Source: a bacterium
Lineage (GTDB): Bacteria; Bacillota_I; Bacilli_A; RFN20; CAG-826
Direction of reading: 5' to 3'
Length of the DNA: 64,000 bases
Assembly: GCA_963616935.1 (NCBI GenBank)
Contig: CAVEMS010000001.1
Coordinates: 33,273-97,272, forward strand
The notes beneath the pieces were generated by a model that was given only the letters and a program-made list of their open reading frames with translations, was not told the origin of the DNA and did not search any database. Both the position numbers and the translations under genes were made by a program. This document shows positions 18,618 to 27,655 of the stretch, in pieces. Each line of letters begins with the position of its first letter. Position 1 is the stretch's first letter.

Positions 18618-19475
18618 TTAAATGATTTTCTTTATATCGTCGAATGAGGAGACCATCTTGCAGCAATCTTTGTCGAGTTTTGATTCGATGATATTTCCAT
18701 CGTTAAAGCCGATTACAGGGAAACCTGCTAATTTGCCCGAGATAACGCCGGCGGAGCTGTCTTCGATGACGACGGCTTCTTTACTGTCTTTCACGCCTAA
18801 ACCGCCCGCTATTTCTTTATAGACCCAAGGATGGGGTTTGACGGCGAATTCACCTATGGTTCCGTATTGACCTGGTTCTTTTCTCTTGCCGCCCGTTATT
18901 ATCGCATCGTAGAACTCCAAGGGATCGCCCATATCCAAGGTCCTGAAAGCGGATACGATTTCTGGGATCGCCTTATAATCGAGCCCGGAAGTGACAAGGC
19001 CGATTTTGATGCCTTTATCTTTTAGATACATCAAGAAATCTTTTAGCCCTTCCCTAGGGACGAATGCATTTTCTTTTCCCGTTCCGTTTTGGGCGGCCTG
19101 AAGTTCTTCTTTGGCGACGACGTGATATAAAGCGGACGCCTCGACGATGCTTTGTTTAAAGCCGTATTTTTTCTTGCAATAGGCCAGGTGTTCGGCGGTG
19201 CTGAAGCCTTGCACGTATGGGGCATCTTCCGATGATAGATGGAAAGAGGGATCACCTAATAGCTTTGCGGTCGTCTTCTCGATGATATAGATCCAGAATT
19301 CCTCGCTTTTGACGCTTGTGCCGTCTAAATCCATCAGCACGTATTTGATGGTCGATGGCGTAATCGGCTTTTCCCATGGGTAATAGCAATCCACGTCATT
19401 TTGGTGGATACCGATCAACGTTTTATCGTTGCTTTCTATGAAGTCGATGTTATTGAGTTTGTAATCGAATGGCAT
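18618..19475 (-). CDS. HAD-IA family hydrolase (phosphatase/beta-phosphoglucomutase-like)
   Basis: DLDGT motif (VLMDLDGTSV) with a C-terminal EDSSAGVISGKLAG region. ATG at 19475 (MPFDYK...) is preceded by GGAGCG. Confidence 0.7.
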   Translation of the reverse strand: MPFDYKLNNIDFIESNDKTLIGIHQNDVDCYYPWEKPITPSTIKYVLMDLDGTSVKSEEFWIYIIEKTTAKLLGDPSFHLSSEDAPYVQGFSTAEHLAYCKKKYGFKQSIVEASALYHVVAKEELQAAQNGTGKENAFVPREGLKDFLMYLKDKGIKIGLVTSGLDYKAIPEIVSAFRTLDMGDPLEFYDAIITGGKRKEPGQYGTIGEFAVKPHPWVYKEIAGGLGVKDSKEAVVIEDSSAGVISGKLAGFPVIGFNDGNIIESKLDKDCCKMVSSFDDIKKII

Positions 19476-19633
19476 ATTTCTTCGCTCCAATGGTGAATTA
19501 TAATGTCTAGTCTAACGCAAAAAAGCCTTTGCGTGAAAAAAGCATTTTCATGCTTATTTATCGCCGGCAAACGAAATGATGCGAGTTTAACATTCTAATT
19601 GTTGGATATAATCCAAAAGAAAAGGACGATCGT

Positions 19634-22084
19634 ATGCTAGATAAGAGATATTTGAATGGCTGGAGACTTAAGGGGAAGGGCATTGATATGCCTGCCAAAG
19701 TCCCTGGCGACATTACGATGGATTTCTATCGCGATGGCAAGATAAAGGATCCATATATCCTCGAGAACTATAAGGACGCTGAATGGGTCGGACACGACGA
19801 TTTCACCTACGAAACGCATTTCGATGTCTCGAAAGAGGAATATGAAGAATCGTCGAATGTCCTCGTCTTTGAAAGCATCGACCTATTTTCCGACGTCTAT
19901 TTGAACGGCACTTTGCTAGGCAGCACGAAGAACGCCTTTTTGGAATATAGGTTCGAAACAAAGGGGATTTTAAAGGAAAAGGACAATATCCTGGAAGTCA
20001 AGATGCATAGCACCTTGGAAGCGGCGAGCAAACTCGATGTCACAGGCTATGCCGCTACCTTCAATGTGCCGCGTATTTTCCTAAGGAAGCCGCAATGCCA
20101 TTTTGGATGGGATTGGGCGCCGAAAATCTGCGCATATGGGATAACGGGCAAAGTCTATTTGGAGAGCAAGAGCCAATATAGGCTTTCAAGCGTCCATTAT
20201 AAGACCGACGCCAAAGGGAACGTTAATTTCTTCATCGAAACGAACTACACGACGAAGGACGTCGCCGATATCGATGGCGGAATCTTGCGCAAAGGCGCCC
20301 CATTTGATGGCGACAAGTTCATCGTCAAATTATCCAAAGACGCCGGCTCGAAGGAATATAACGTATACGAGCTCGAATATTCCGGAAAGAAGAATTTCCT
20401 TTCCGTCAAATACGATGATTTCAAGAAGTGGTGGCCAAGGGGATATGGAGAGCAACCGTTATACGATTATACGGTCGAGCTCCATCGCGGTGGCAAAAAG
20501 ATCGATGAGAAGAAGGGGAGATTCGCCTTCCGCACCGTCGAAGTGATGGAAGAAGGGAAAGAAAACGGGACCATCGGTTTCGATTTCTTGATCAATGGCA
20601 AGAAGATTTATCTCAAGGGCAGCAACTGGGTCCCTCCCGAATGCTTCACCGGCGAGATGAAGGAACAAAAATATAGAGACATTTTGCTTTTGGCGAAGAA
20701 GATGAATCTCAATATCCTCCGCGTATGGGGAGGAGGCAGCTATGAAAGCGACCTCTTCTACGATTTATGTGACGAATACGGGATCATGGTTTGGCAAGAC
20801 GTATGCCTCGCTTGCGCGGATATCCCAGAGGACGATAAAGAATTCGTCGACAACCTTCTCGATGAGGTCCGTTATCAGATTAAGAGGTTGCGTAACCATC
20901 CATCGATTATCTATTGGTGCGGTGGGAATGAGAAAACCGGCACATACGGCAATTGCATCACCCATGGCGATTTCTTAGTTAACTGCATCCTCTATGGCGT
21001 CGTTTATGATTTGGACGATAGCCGCCCATATCGCAGGCAATCGCCGCATAGCTATACCGATATAGGAAACGATTGGACGAGTGGGGATTCCCATTCCGGT
21101 TCCTTTGAGCCGGCATTAGAAAAAGGGATGTTAACGTATCGGAATCAAGTCGCTTCGAAAATCGTCCCATTCACCAGCGAATGCGCGGCCCTTGGTCCTT
21201 CTAGCGAAGAGACTTTGTATAAGATTTTCGGCGATGAGCATATCTGGCCGATGGATGAGATGTGGAACGACAGATTGATGGACAACCCATATGCCGCGGT
21301 CAAGATGGATTTCGCCCATCGTGAGATGTATTACGCGGAAAATCTCTATGGGAAAGTTGATAATGTCAACGAATTCGTCAAGAAGGCGATGTTAATGCAT
21401 GCCGAAGCGCTTAAATGCGAATCGGAGTTTTCCCGTTCCCATCGCCATATAACCGGGGCTTTCCTCAATTGGATGTTTGATGATATCTGGCCAAGCGCGA
21501 CTTGGTCGATAGTCGATTATTATCTTGAGCCGAAGGAAGCCTACTACGCCTTAAGAAGGTCATACGCCGACCATTTGGCGAGCTTCTATTTGAATAAGAA
21601 CGGCATAACCCATTTCTTCTTCGACAATTCGACCAATGTGCCGTTTTCTGGAAGCTTAACTTATGGCGTCAAGAAAGCGGACGGCACATTGATCTTCGAA
21701 AAGAAGATTGACGTATCCAATGTCGGCGAAGACGTCTACGATGAGCCTTTGGATATCGCGGAATTTGATAATGACGTTTATCTATATGCGACGTATGAGG
21801 AAGAAGGAAAAATCAAAAAATCCTTGTATTCCCCGTCTATGTGGCACGGATTCCCGACATCGAATGATTATGAATACACGCTTAAAAAGATTGATGACAA
21901 ACACGCTGAATTAACCGTTAAAGCGAATTCGTTCGTCAAATCTCTATTCATTCATTTCAAAGACAATTACAAATACCTATACGAAGATAACTACATCGAT
22001 TTGGAAGCGGGGGAAGAGAGAACAATCAATATCGAATCCAAAGAACCATCTTCCTTCGATGGCGTCGTTCTTGAGTCGTTCTGA
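19634..22084 (+). CDS. Glycoside hydrolase family 2, beta-mannosidase-like
   Basis: Architecture and motifs typical of GH2 beta-mannosidases (HFGWDWAP, NWVPPECF, ILRVWGGGSYESDLFYDLCDEYGIMVWQD, catalytic WCGGNE). Confidence 0.75.
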   Translation: MLDKRYLNGWRLKGKGIDMPAKVPGDITMDFYRDGKIKDPYILENYKDAEWVGHDDFTYETHFDVSKEEYEESSNVLVFESIDLFSDVYLNGTLLGSTKNAFLEYRFETKGILKEKDNILEVKMHSTLEAASKLDVTGYAATFNVPRIFLRKPQCHFGWDWAPKICAYGITGKVYLESKSQYRLSSVHYKTDAKGNVNFFIETNYTTKDVADIDGGILRKGAPFDGDKFIVKLSKDAGSKEYNVYELEYSGKKNFLSVKYDDFKKWWPRGYGEQPLYDYTVELHRGGKKIDEKKGRFAFRTVEVMEEGKENGTIGFDFLINGKKIYLKGSNWVPPECFTGEMKEQKYRDILLLAKKMNLNILRVWGGGSYESDLFYDLCDEYGIMVWQDVCLACADIPEDDKEFVDNLLDEVRYQIKRLRNHPSIIYWCGGNEKTGTYGNCITHGDFLVNCILYGVVYDLDDSRPYRRQSPHSYTDIGNDWTSGDSHSGSFEPALEKGMLTYRNQVASKIVPFTSECAALGPSSEETLYKIFGDEHIWPMDEMWNDRLMDNPYAAVKMDFAHREMYYAENLYGKVDNVNEFVKKAMLMHAEALKCESEFSRSHRHITGAFLNWMFDDIWPSATWSIVDYYLEPKEAYYALRRSYADHLASFYLNKNGITHFFFDNSTNVPFSGSLTYGVKKADGTLIFEKKIDVSNVGEDVYDEPLDIAEFDNDVYLYATYEEEGKIKKSLYSPSMWHGFPTSNDYEYTLKKIDDKHAELTVKANSFVKSLFIHFKDNYKYLYEDNYIDLEAGEERTINIESKEPSSFDGVVLESF

Positions 22085-22335
22085 CGACGGCTCTATAGAC
22101 ATTGATATTTGACCAATGTTTTGTGCGACACATCGATAATAAGAAATGGCTTTGAAGGCAAGGCTGCATTTTCTACATTGTTTGCTTTTGTCGAAAGCGG
22201 AAGGCTTCTTATTTGATCTTGCTTCCACAAGAAAGAATCGGTTCTTTACCGGTTCCCAAACCATCGTTAGAGATGTGAGACCATCTAATGGGCGTCGACT
22301 GTGATACGAGAGCCGTAATTGTGTGTTAAAGATAT

Positions 22336-22362
22336 AAAAAAGGCCTCGCACTAGGCGAAGCC
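22336..22362 (-). terminator. Rho-independent terminator after the 22380..24671 gene
   Basis: On the minus strand: GGCUUCGC-CUAGU-GCGAGGCC followed by UUUUUU. Confidence 0.55.
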
Positions 22363-22379
22363 TAAAGACACATCGAGAT

Positions 22380-24671
22380 TTAGTTAATGCTGACGACCGA
22401 TGCGTAGAATGGAGTGATGACGAAGGTGTTCCAAGAGCACCAGCCAACCGTCAAAATAAGACCGGCTTTGCCAGTGTTTACGTCATCGCTCAAGCTTAGT
22501 GTCTTATTGATAGAGCTCGAAGAGAACATTGCTTTACCGCCTGAAATTGTTACGGTTGTGAACTCGGTGTTCCAATTGCCACCGGTCGGGTCGCAATAAG
22601 GGGCGATGCCGATGAAATTGTCGAGTTGCATTAAGGAATCCGGTATCGGATATTGCGTTGTAGTTTCTGGAATCGTGCCGAGCCAATATTTAGCCGTACG
22701 ATCGCCTGCGCCTCCGCCGAGTCCCATCGTGAATGTGACTTTATCGTAGGATGAGTAATTGAAGGCGGGGAGAGTCATGGTAACGTATGAGCCATCCATT
22801 CCGTTCATTGAGAACTGAAGACTATTTTCAACGGAGTATCCACTGCCTTGAGCAGCGATGGCGCTTCCACTTCCTGTTATGCCAGAAAGGATGCTTGCAC
22901 CGCTATCGGTGAATTCAAGAACCTTGGTGGCCGATGCATTCGCGGCATCGAGCCAAGCTTGCATCTTTGAAGTGATAAAGTTCGCCTTCTCATAGGTGGT
23001 CATGCAATCGGAAAGCGCCTTATACTTTTTCAATTGATCGGAGTAACCGGCGACCGGGGTGTCCGGCAATGCAGTTTCGATTGAAGGCATAAGGGAGAGA
23101 TAGTCGCAGTCGAGAGTGACGAAAGGCGTCAAGAAGAGCCATGCCTGGCAACATTGAGTTGTCTTAATTTCCAGGCCTTTCTTGCCGGTGTAAGTGTCAT
23201 CGTCGAGTTCAAAAGCGACAGTGTTCTTTTCACAATTGTTATAGACGCTAACGCTTTTCCCAGTAATAGTCACCTCGTAGTTTTTATATTTATATTCTGT
23301 AAATCCCGACTGGTCACAACTGTCTTTACCAAGAGAGTTGCCGTTTAGATAAGTTCCGTACCAAACCCCTGCGGAGAAACCAAAGGTGAAATGAACGCCA
23401 CTTACCTTGGAGAAATCGAAGGCGGGTAAGCCTAGACCTAATGATGCATTATAGGTATCTCCCGGATAGAAGCCTTGTGATCCTTCGGGCGTACCTGGAT
23501 AAATATTCCACGTGTTGACGTCCGACTGGATATCAGCATCTGAGCGAACCGCATAGGCGGCGTTAACCCCTTCGGGAGTTGTGTAATCGCTTTGGTTGTT
23601 TGTGAAAGTTAAAACTTTAGCATTGCTGTCGTCATAATAAGAATCGGTCCAACGGGCAACCAGAGCGGTAGTTGTAGTGGAGACACTTTCGACTTCGTTC
23701 CCGCTTTCGTCGTACCATCCGAGGAATTTCTTCCCGCTCATGGTCGGCGCCTCCGGGAGCGAGCCGATCTCGACCTCGGCGCTTCCGTCGACGTTGTCGG
23801 CCGCCACGTTCTTCAAGGCCACGGTCACCGGGGCGAGCTCATAGGAGAGGCCCGAGACCATGATGTATCCGCGGAGCTCGGTGAACTTGAGTATGAAGTC
23901 GGTGAAGTTCGCCGTCGTCCCGCCCGAATAGGCGATGGTGACCTGGTGCCACGCGTCGTCGTTTAGGAGCTTGGAGCTGATGTCGTGGCCGACGTAGGCG
24001 GTGTCCTTGAATTGGCATAGCGCCGTGAAGCCGACAGGCTCGCTCGCGCTGCCGCCCCCGGCCCAGGATCCCGTGCCGTAATTGCAGTATCTGTACCAGA
24101 AGCTCGCCGATTTGACCTTCCTCGACCCCTCCGGGACGGTGAAGCGGAACTCGGAGCAGTTCTCGTTGCCCGTCGGGTTCACCGGGTCGCCGGTCTTGTT
24201 CGAGCGGGAGAAGTAGATGGCGGTCCTCCCGCCGTCTTTGACGAAGCAAGGTGTCGAATCGACTTTGTCGCTTGAGGCGTCCTTTCCGTTCGCCCCCTGG
24301 TCGACGTATTTGAATTTCTTCGTGTTGACGTTGGCGATCTCGTCGTCCTCGGCGTTCGGGGCGTCGGCGGCCTCGAGCTTTGCGAGGGTGATCTCAGCCT
24401 CCGAGACGTGCTCTTTGGCGGCGTAGGAGTATCTGGCTTGGTCGGCGCTCACGAGGCAGCAGTCGTTGCAGTGCCAGTGCGCCCTCTCGCCCGTCGACGT
24501 CGTGGTCGGGGCGAAGAAGGGCTTCTCGACCAAGGTGTGCGAGGCGTCGTGGTCCGCGGCGTAGGTCGGTGCGATGAGGCCGCTATTGCCGAGCGCGACC
24601 CCGGCCACGCCGATGCCCATCACCGCTGAAACGGCTGTCAAGGCGATAGCCATGATTTTCTTTTTCTTCAT
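22380..24671 (-). CDS. Secreted protein with a Listeria-Bacteroides repeat. Its C-terminal region (about 450 aa) is paralogous to the 31788..34115 protein.
   Basis: Signal peptide MKKKKIMAIALTAVSAVMGIGVAGVALG. Repeat motif GKKFLGWYDESGNEV...ALVARW. The C-terminal two-thirds align with the 31788..34115 protein (TFGFS..., FDCDYL..., YEK..., FTFGLGG...). The 5' roughly 900 nt (about 23740..24650) is strongly GC-rich. Confidence 0.7.
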   Translation of the reverse strand: MKKKKIMAIALTAVSAVMGIGVAGVALGNSGLIAPTYAADHDASHTLVEKPFFAPTTTSTGERAHWHCNDCCLVSADQARYSYAAKEHVSEAEITLAKLEAADAPNAEDDEIANVNTKKFKYVDQGANGKDASSDKVDSTPCFVKDGGRTAIYFSRSNKTGDPVNPTGNENCSEFRFTVPEGSRKVKSASFWYRYCNYGTGSWAGGGSASEPVGFTALCQFKDTAYVGHDISSKLLNDDAWHQVTIAYSGGTTANFTDFILKFTELRGYIMVSGLSYELAPVTVALKNVAADNVDGSAEVEIGSLPEAPTMSGKKFLGWYDESGNEVESVSTTTTALVARWTDSYYDDSNAKVLTFTNNQSDYTTPEGVNAAYAVRSDADIQSDVNTWNIYPGTPEGSQGFYPGDTYNASLGLGLPAFDFSKVSGVHFTFGFSAGVWYGTYLNGNSLGKDSCDQSGFTEYKYKNYEVTITGKSVSVYNNCEKNTVAFELDDDTYTGKKGLEIKTTQCCQAWLFLTPFVTLDCDYLSLMPSIETALPDTPVAGYSDQLKKYKALSDCMTTYEKANFITSKMQAWLDAANASATKVLEFTDSGASILSGITGSGSAIAAQGSGYSVENSLQFSMNGMDGSYVTMTLPAFNYSSYDKVTFTMGLGGGAGDRTAKYWLGTIPETTTQYPIPDSLMQLDNFIGIAPYCDPTGGNWNTEFTTVTISGGKAMFSSSSINKTLSLSDDVNTGKAGLILTVGWCSWNTFVITPFYASVVSIN

Positions 24672-24943
24672 AGGTTTTCCTTTCCTTTTGTTTTAATGAA
24701 ACCCATTTTTATGTTGCTATCTCTAAGCAAACGGACGACAGCAAATAAGAGGATTTCTTTCCTATAAAAGGATTGTAACCGCTTTCAAATTGGCGGTTTG
24801 CCTATTTGCTTACATTTATAGGCGGTTTTCTTCCATTTCGACGATTTTGTTCCATATGGGAGTCTATTTTCATTTGAATTGCCGCGTTCATATCAATTTA
24901 TATGCACATACGCGTGGCAAAAAAGGTTATATTCTTTTTAACC

Positions 24944-25681
24944 ATGGCGAAGATCGAACTTAGAAAATTATCCGTCACTTATAAGAACAAGAAGACGAAA
25001 GAAGAAACCGTTGCCTTAAAAGAGATGTCGGAAGTTTTTGACGACTCTTCCTTTAACGTCATTGTTGGGCCATCGGGATCTGGCAAGACGACTCTCTTAA
25101 AAGCCATCGCCGGTTTGGTGATGATCGAAGGGGATATCCTTATTGATGATGTCGATGTGTCTAGTCTTTCCCCATCCTTAAGGCAAGTGGCATATGTGAG
25201 TCAGGAATATATTCTTTATCCACATATGACGGTCTTTGATAACATCGCTTTCCCTTTGAAGGCGGTCAAAGCCTCGAAAGAAGAGATAATCGAACAAATC
25301 GCCGACATATCCAATTCTTTGGGACTCCGCCATTTATGGAGCAGAAAGCCCAAAGAACTATCGGGCGGACAACAACAACGAATTGCCTTGGCGAGAGCGA
25401 TAGCGAAGAAACCTTCCATCTATCTATTCGACGAGCCATTATCGAATTTGGCTAGCGATATGAGGGAGGAAGAGAGAAAACTGATTAAGGAAGTCTCGAA
25501 GAAATATGGCGCGACTTCTTTATATGTAACCCACTCGATGAAGGAGGCTTTCGCCATCGCCGATAACATCATCGTCATTAACGAAGGGAAAGTGGTGGCT
25601 AGGGGAAGCGTAGAAGAAATCCGCCATTCATTGGAGCCGACGATAAGGGGCATGATCAATGCTGAGTTCAATTCTCTATAA
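24944..25681 (+). CDS. ABC transporter ATP-binding protein, MalK/MsmX-like nucleotide-binding domain without the C-terminal regulatory domain
   Basis: Walker A (GPSGSGKTT), signature LSGGQQQRIALARAI and Walker B DEPLSNL are present. The protein is only about 246 aa. Confidence 0.8.
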   Translation: MAKIELRKLSVTYKNKKTKEETVALKEMSEVFDDSSFNVIVGPSGSGKTTLLKAIAGLVMIEGDILIDDVDVSSLSPSLRQVAYVSQEYILYPHMTVFDNIAFPLKAVKASKEEIIEQIADISNSLGLRHLWSRKPKELSGGQQQRIALARAIAKKPSIYLFDEPLSNLASDMREEERKLIKEVSKKYGATSLYVTHSMKEAFAIADNIIVINEGKVVARGSVEEIRHSLEPTIRGMINAEFNSL

Positions 25682-26144
25682 CGACGATGTGGTCAAGAAC
25701 ATCAAAAGAAGAATAGTCTTTTCTATACTTTTCATAGCCTTGTTCGTGATATTGATGGTCCTCGAAAGCGCACTCCTATGCCTTCTGATATCCGACGAAA
25801 CGATAATTTGGATAACGGTTGTTTTATCGGTATCTTTGGTGCTTTTCTCTTGGGCGATCATTTATCTTGCAACCGTTTATCTTGCGTCGTCCCTAGCGAG
25901 AGAAAGATTGATCAAGCGTTTTCAAAAGACGGAAGGAAAGACGTTTTCTGGAAAGATTATTTCCGCTTCAAAGACGAGGACGCCGATGAAATTCATCCAA
26001 GCCTATGCCGTTGAGATGGAAATAGACGATGGGATTAGGAATTTCTATTATGACTCCGCGTTAGGTGAAACACCATTTAAGGAAGGGGAGGAAGTTGCCC
26101 TTTTAATCAAGTCCAACTTCATTTGCGAGGTGCGCCATGAATAA
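25659..26144 (+). CDS. Hypothetical membrane protein (161 aa)
   Basis: Two or three hydrophobic helices. Overlaps the upstream ATPase gene by 23 nt and the next gene through an ATGAATAA overlap. Confidence 0.5.
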   Translation: MLSSILYNDDVVKNIKRRIVFSILFIALFVILMVLESALLCLLISDETIIWITVVLSVSLVLFSWAIIYLATVYLASSLARERLIKRFQKTEGKTFSGKIISASKTRTPMKFIQAYAVEMEIDDGIRNFYYDSALGETPFKEGEEVALLIKSNFICEVRHE

Positions 26145-26727
26145 ATTCTTCGGAAAGATCAAAGAGTGGTGGTATCTATATCTCGCTTTTTTGATATTGA
26201 TTCCTATCGGCGTCTCTTATCTCACCTATGTCGTTAACCTCCCTAGAAACGAAGAGACCATTAGCATCTTCATCGCTTCATGCAGCACAAATGTGAAAGA
26301 ACTTAGAGCGGAACTAGAAGAAGAAAAACCGCAATATCTACGTCAAATCTCCATTAAATCATACGTTTATGACGATAAGGATTTCTCGCAATACTATAAT
26401 TATTTCGGATGCCAGGACGTTGATATCGTCGTCCTTCCAGAGAGCAAAATATCTTCGGGAACGGTCTTGTCTAATTATAAGAAACTTGACGCTTCGCTAG
26501 AATCGGATGCCGCTTCTTATTATTATCCGGAAGGAAGCTCGAGCGCATATGGCAAACTGATCCATAAGAAAGGCGAGGAGAATGGATTGATAACCTATAA
26601 GGATGACAATCACGATGAGGACTATTATCTCTTCTATGGCAAGAATTCGTTGCATTTAGGTGAGATGTCTGGGACTAATTGGAATACTGCGCTTACGTTC
26701 GCGGAAATAATCGAAGGGAAAAGATGA
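26137..26727 (+). CDS. Hypothetical membrane-anchored protein (196 aa)
   Basis: Single N-terminal TM helix followed by an N/Y/D-rich region. Shares an ATGA overlap with the next gene. Confidence 0.5.
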   Translation: MNKFFGKIKEWWYLYLAFLILIPIGVSYLTYVVNLPRNEETISIFIASCSTNVKELRAELEEEKPQYLRQISIKSYVYDDKDFSQYYNYFGCQDVDIVVLPESKISSGTVLSNYKKLDASLESDAASYYYPEGSSSAYGKLIHKKGEENGLITYKDDNHDEDYYLFYGKNSLHLGEMSGTNWNTALTFAEIIEGKR

Positions 26728-27557
26728 AAAGAAAAGCCAAAAACGTAGATTATGCGATTGGGAACCTTCCGCATAACAGGAAGGAGCAGTTTTTCGATAT
26801 CGCCAAGCACCGTTTCTTTTTGCTTCTCGGAATAGGGTTAATAATTCTTTTGTTTTCGTTGCCAATATTTGCCTCGATGATCTATCGGGATGTTTTATTG
26901 ATGAGTGTCGAGGCAAGCGAAGCGACTAGCGCCGAGAAAGAAGCCACTTCTTTCAGCGTTAACCTCCTCTTCTCTTTCCTTTTCGCGTTTTCTTTATTGA
27001 TTCTTTCCGTTGGGTTGTCCGGGATATCAAAGATACTTAGGGAATTGATATATGATGAGCCGATTTTCTTCAAAGACGATTTCTTTAGCGGGATCAAGGA
27101 AAACGCCAGGCAACATTTAATTCTTGCCCTTTTTGCAGGGATTTTTTGGTTTTTTGCCAATTTCATTTCTCTTATTGCAAACAATTTCATTCTCAAAGTC
27201 ATTTTCGTCGGCGTTAATATAGCCTTCATCTTTCCGCCCGTTTTCGTCGGCTTCTTCTTGGCTAACGTGTATTCGAATAAGTTCTTCAAAAACCTTCAAA
27301 GCGGTTTCGTTATCTATTTCAAAGCGTTCCCGTCGGTCATCTTGACGTTTGTTTCCATCTACGCCCTATCCTTTCTCCAATACGTGCCATTACTAATCGT
27401 CAAATATTTGGTGATGGCCGCTTTGACGGTGATATACGTTCCTTTCGCATTCCTTATCTCCTTCCTAAATCAAATTCGCTTATACGACGAACTCATCAAC
27501 AAAGAGCAATTTCCTGAGTATTATCACAAGGGCTTGGCGGACTATTACGGCAAATGA
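26724..27557 (+). CDS. Hypothetical polytopic membrane protein (possibly a YesL/DUF624-like accessory protein)
   Basis: ATG at 26724 overlaps the upstream stop. Six or more TM helices, with no EAA permease motif. Confidence 0.5.
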   Translation: MKRKAKNVDYAIGNLPHNRKEQFFDIAKHRFFLLLGIGLIILLFSLPIFASMIYRDVLLMSVEASEATSAEKEATSFSVNLLFSFLFAFSLLILSVGLSGISKILRELIYDEPIFFKDDFFSGIKENARQHLILALFAGIFWFFANFISLIANNFILKVIFVGVNIAFIFPPVFVGFFLANVYSNKFFKNLQSGFVIYFKAFPSVILTFVSIYALSFLQYVPLLIVKYLVMAALTVIYVPFAFLISFLNQIRLYDELINKEQFPEYYHKGLADYYGK

Positions 27558-27655
27558 TGCCATTTATGGCATAAAACCGCACGCAAATAATGGTTTCACA
27601 AATTCGAAGAAAGAAATATCGTTTACAATCCTTGTAGGACTAACGAGGAAACGAT

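Noticed and set aside
23839-24629. Arg-rich ORFs 23839..24249 (-), 24217..24426 (+) and 24408..24629 (+) in the ORF track
   Set aside because: They lie inside the GC-rich 5' portion of the 763-aa gene, are out-of-frame or antisense, and have an RRRGR low-complexity composition typical of spurious ORFs in GC-rich DNA.
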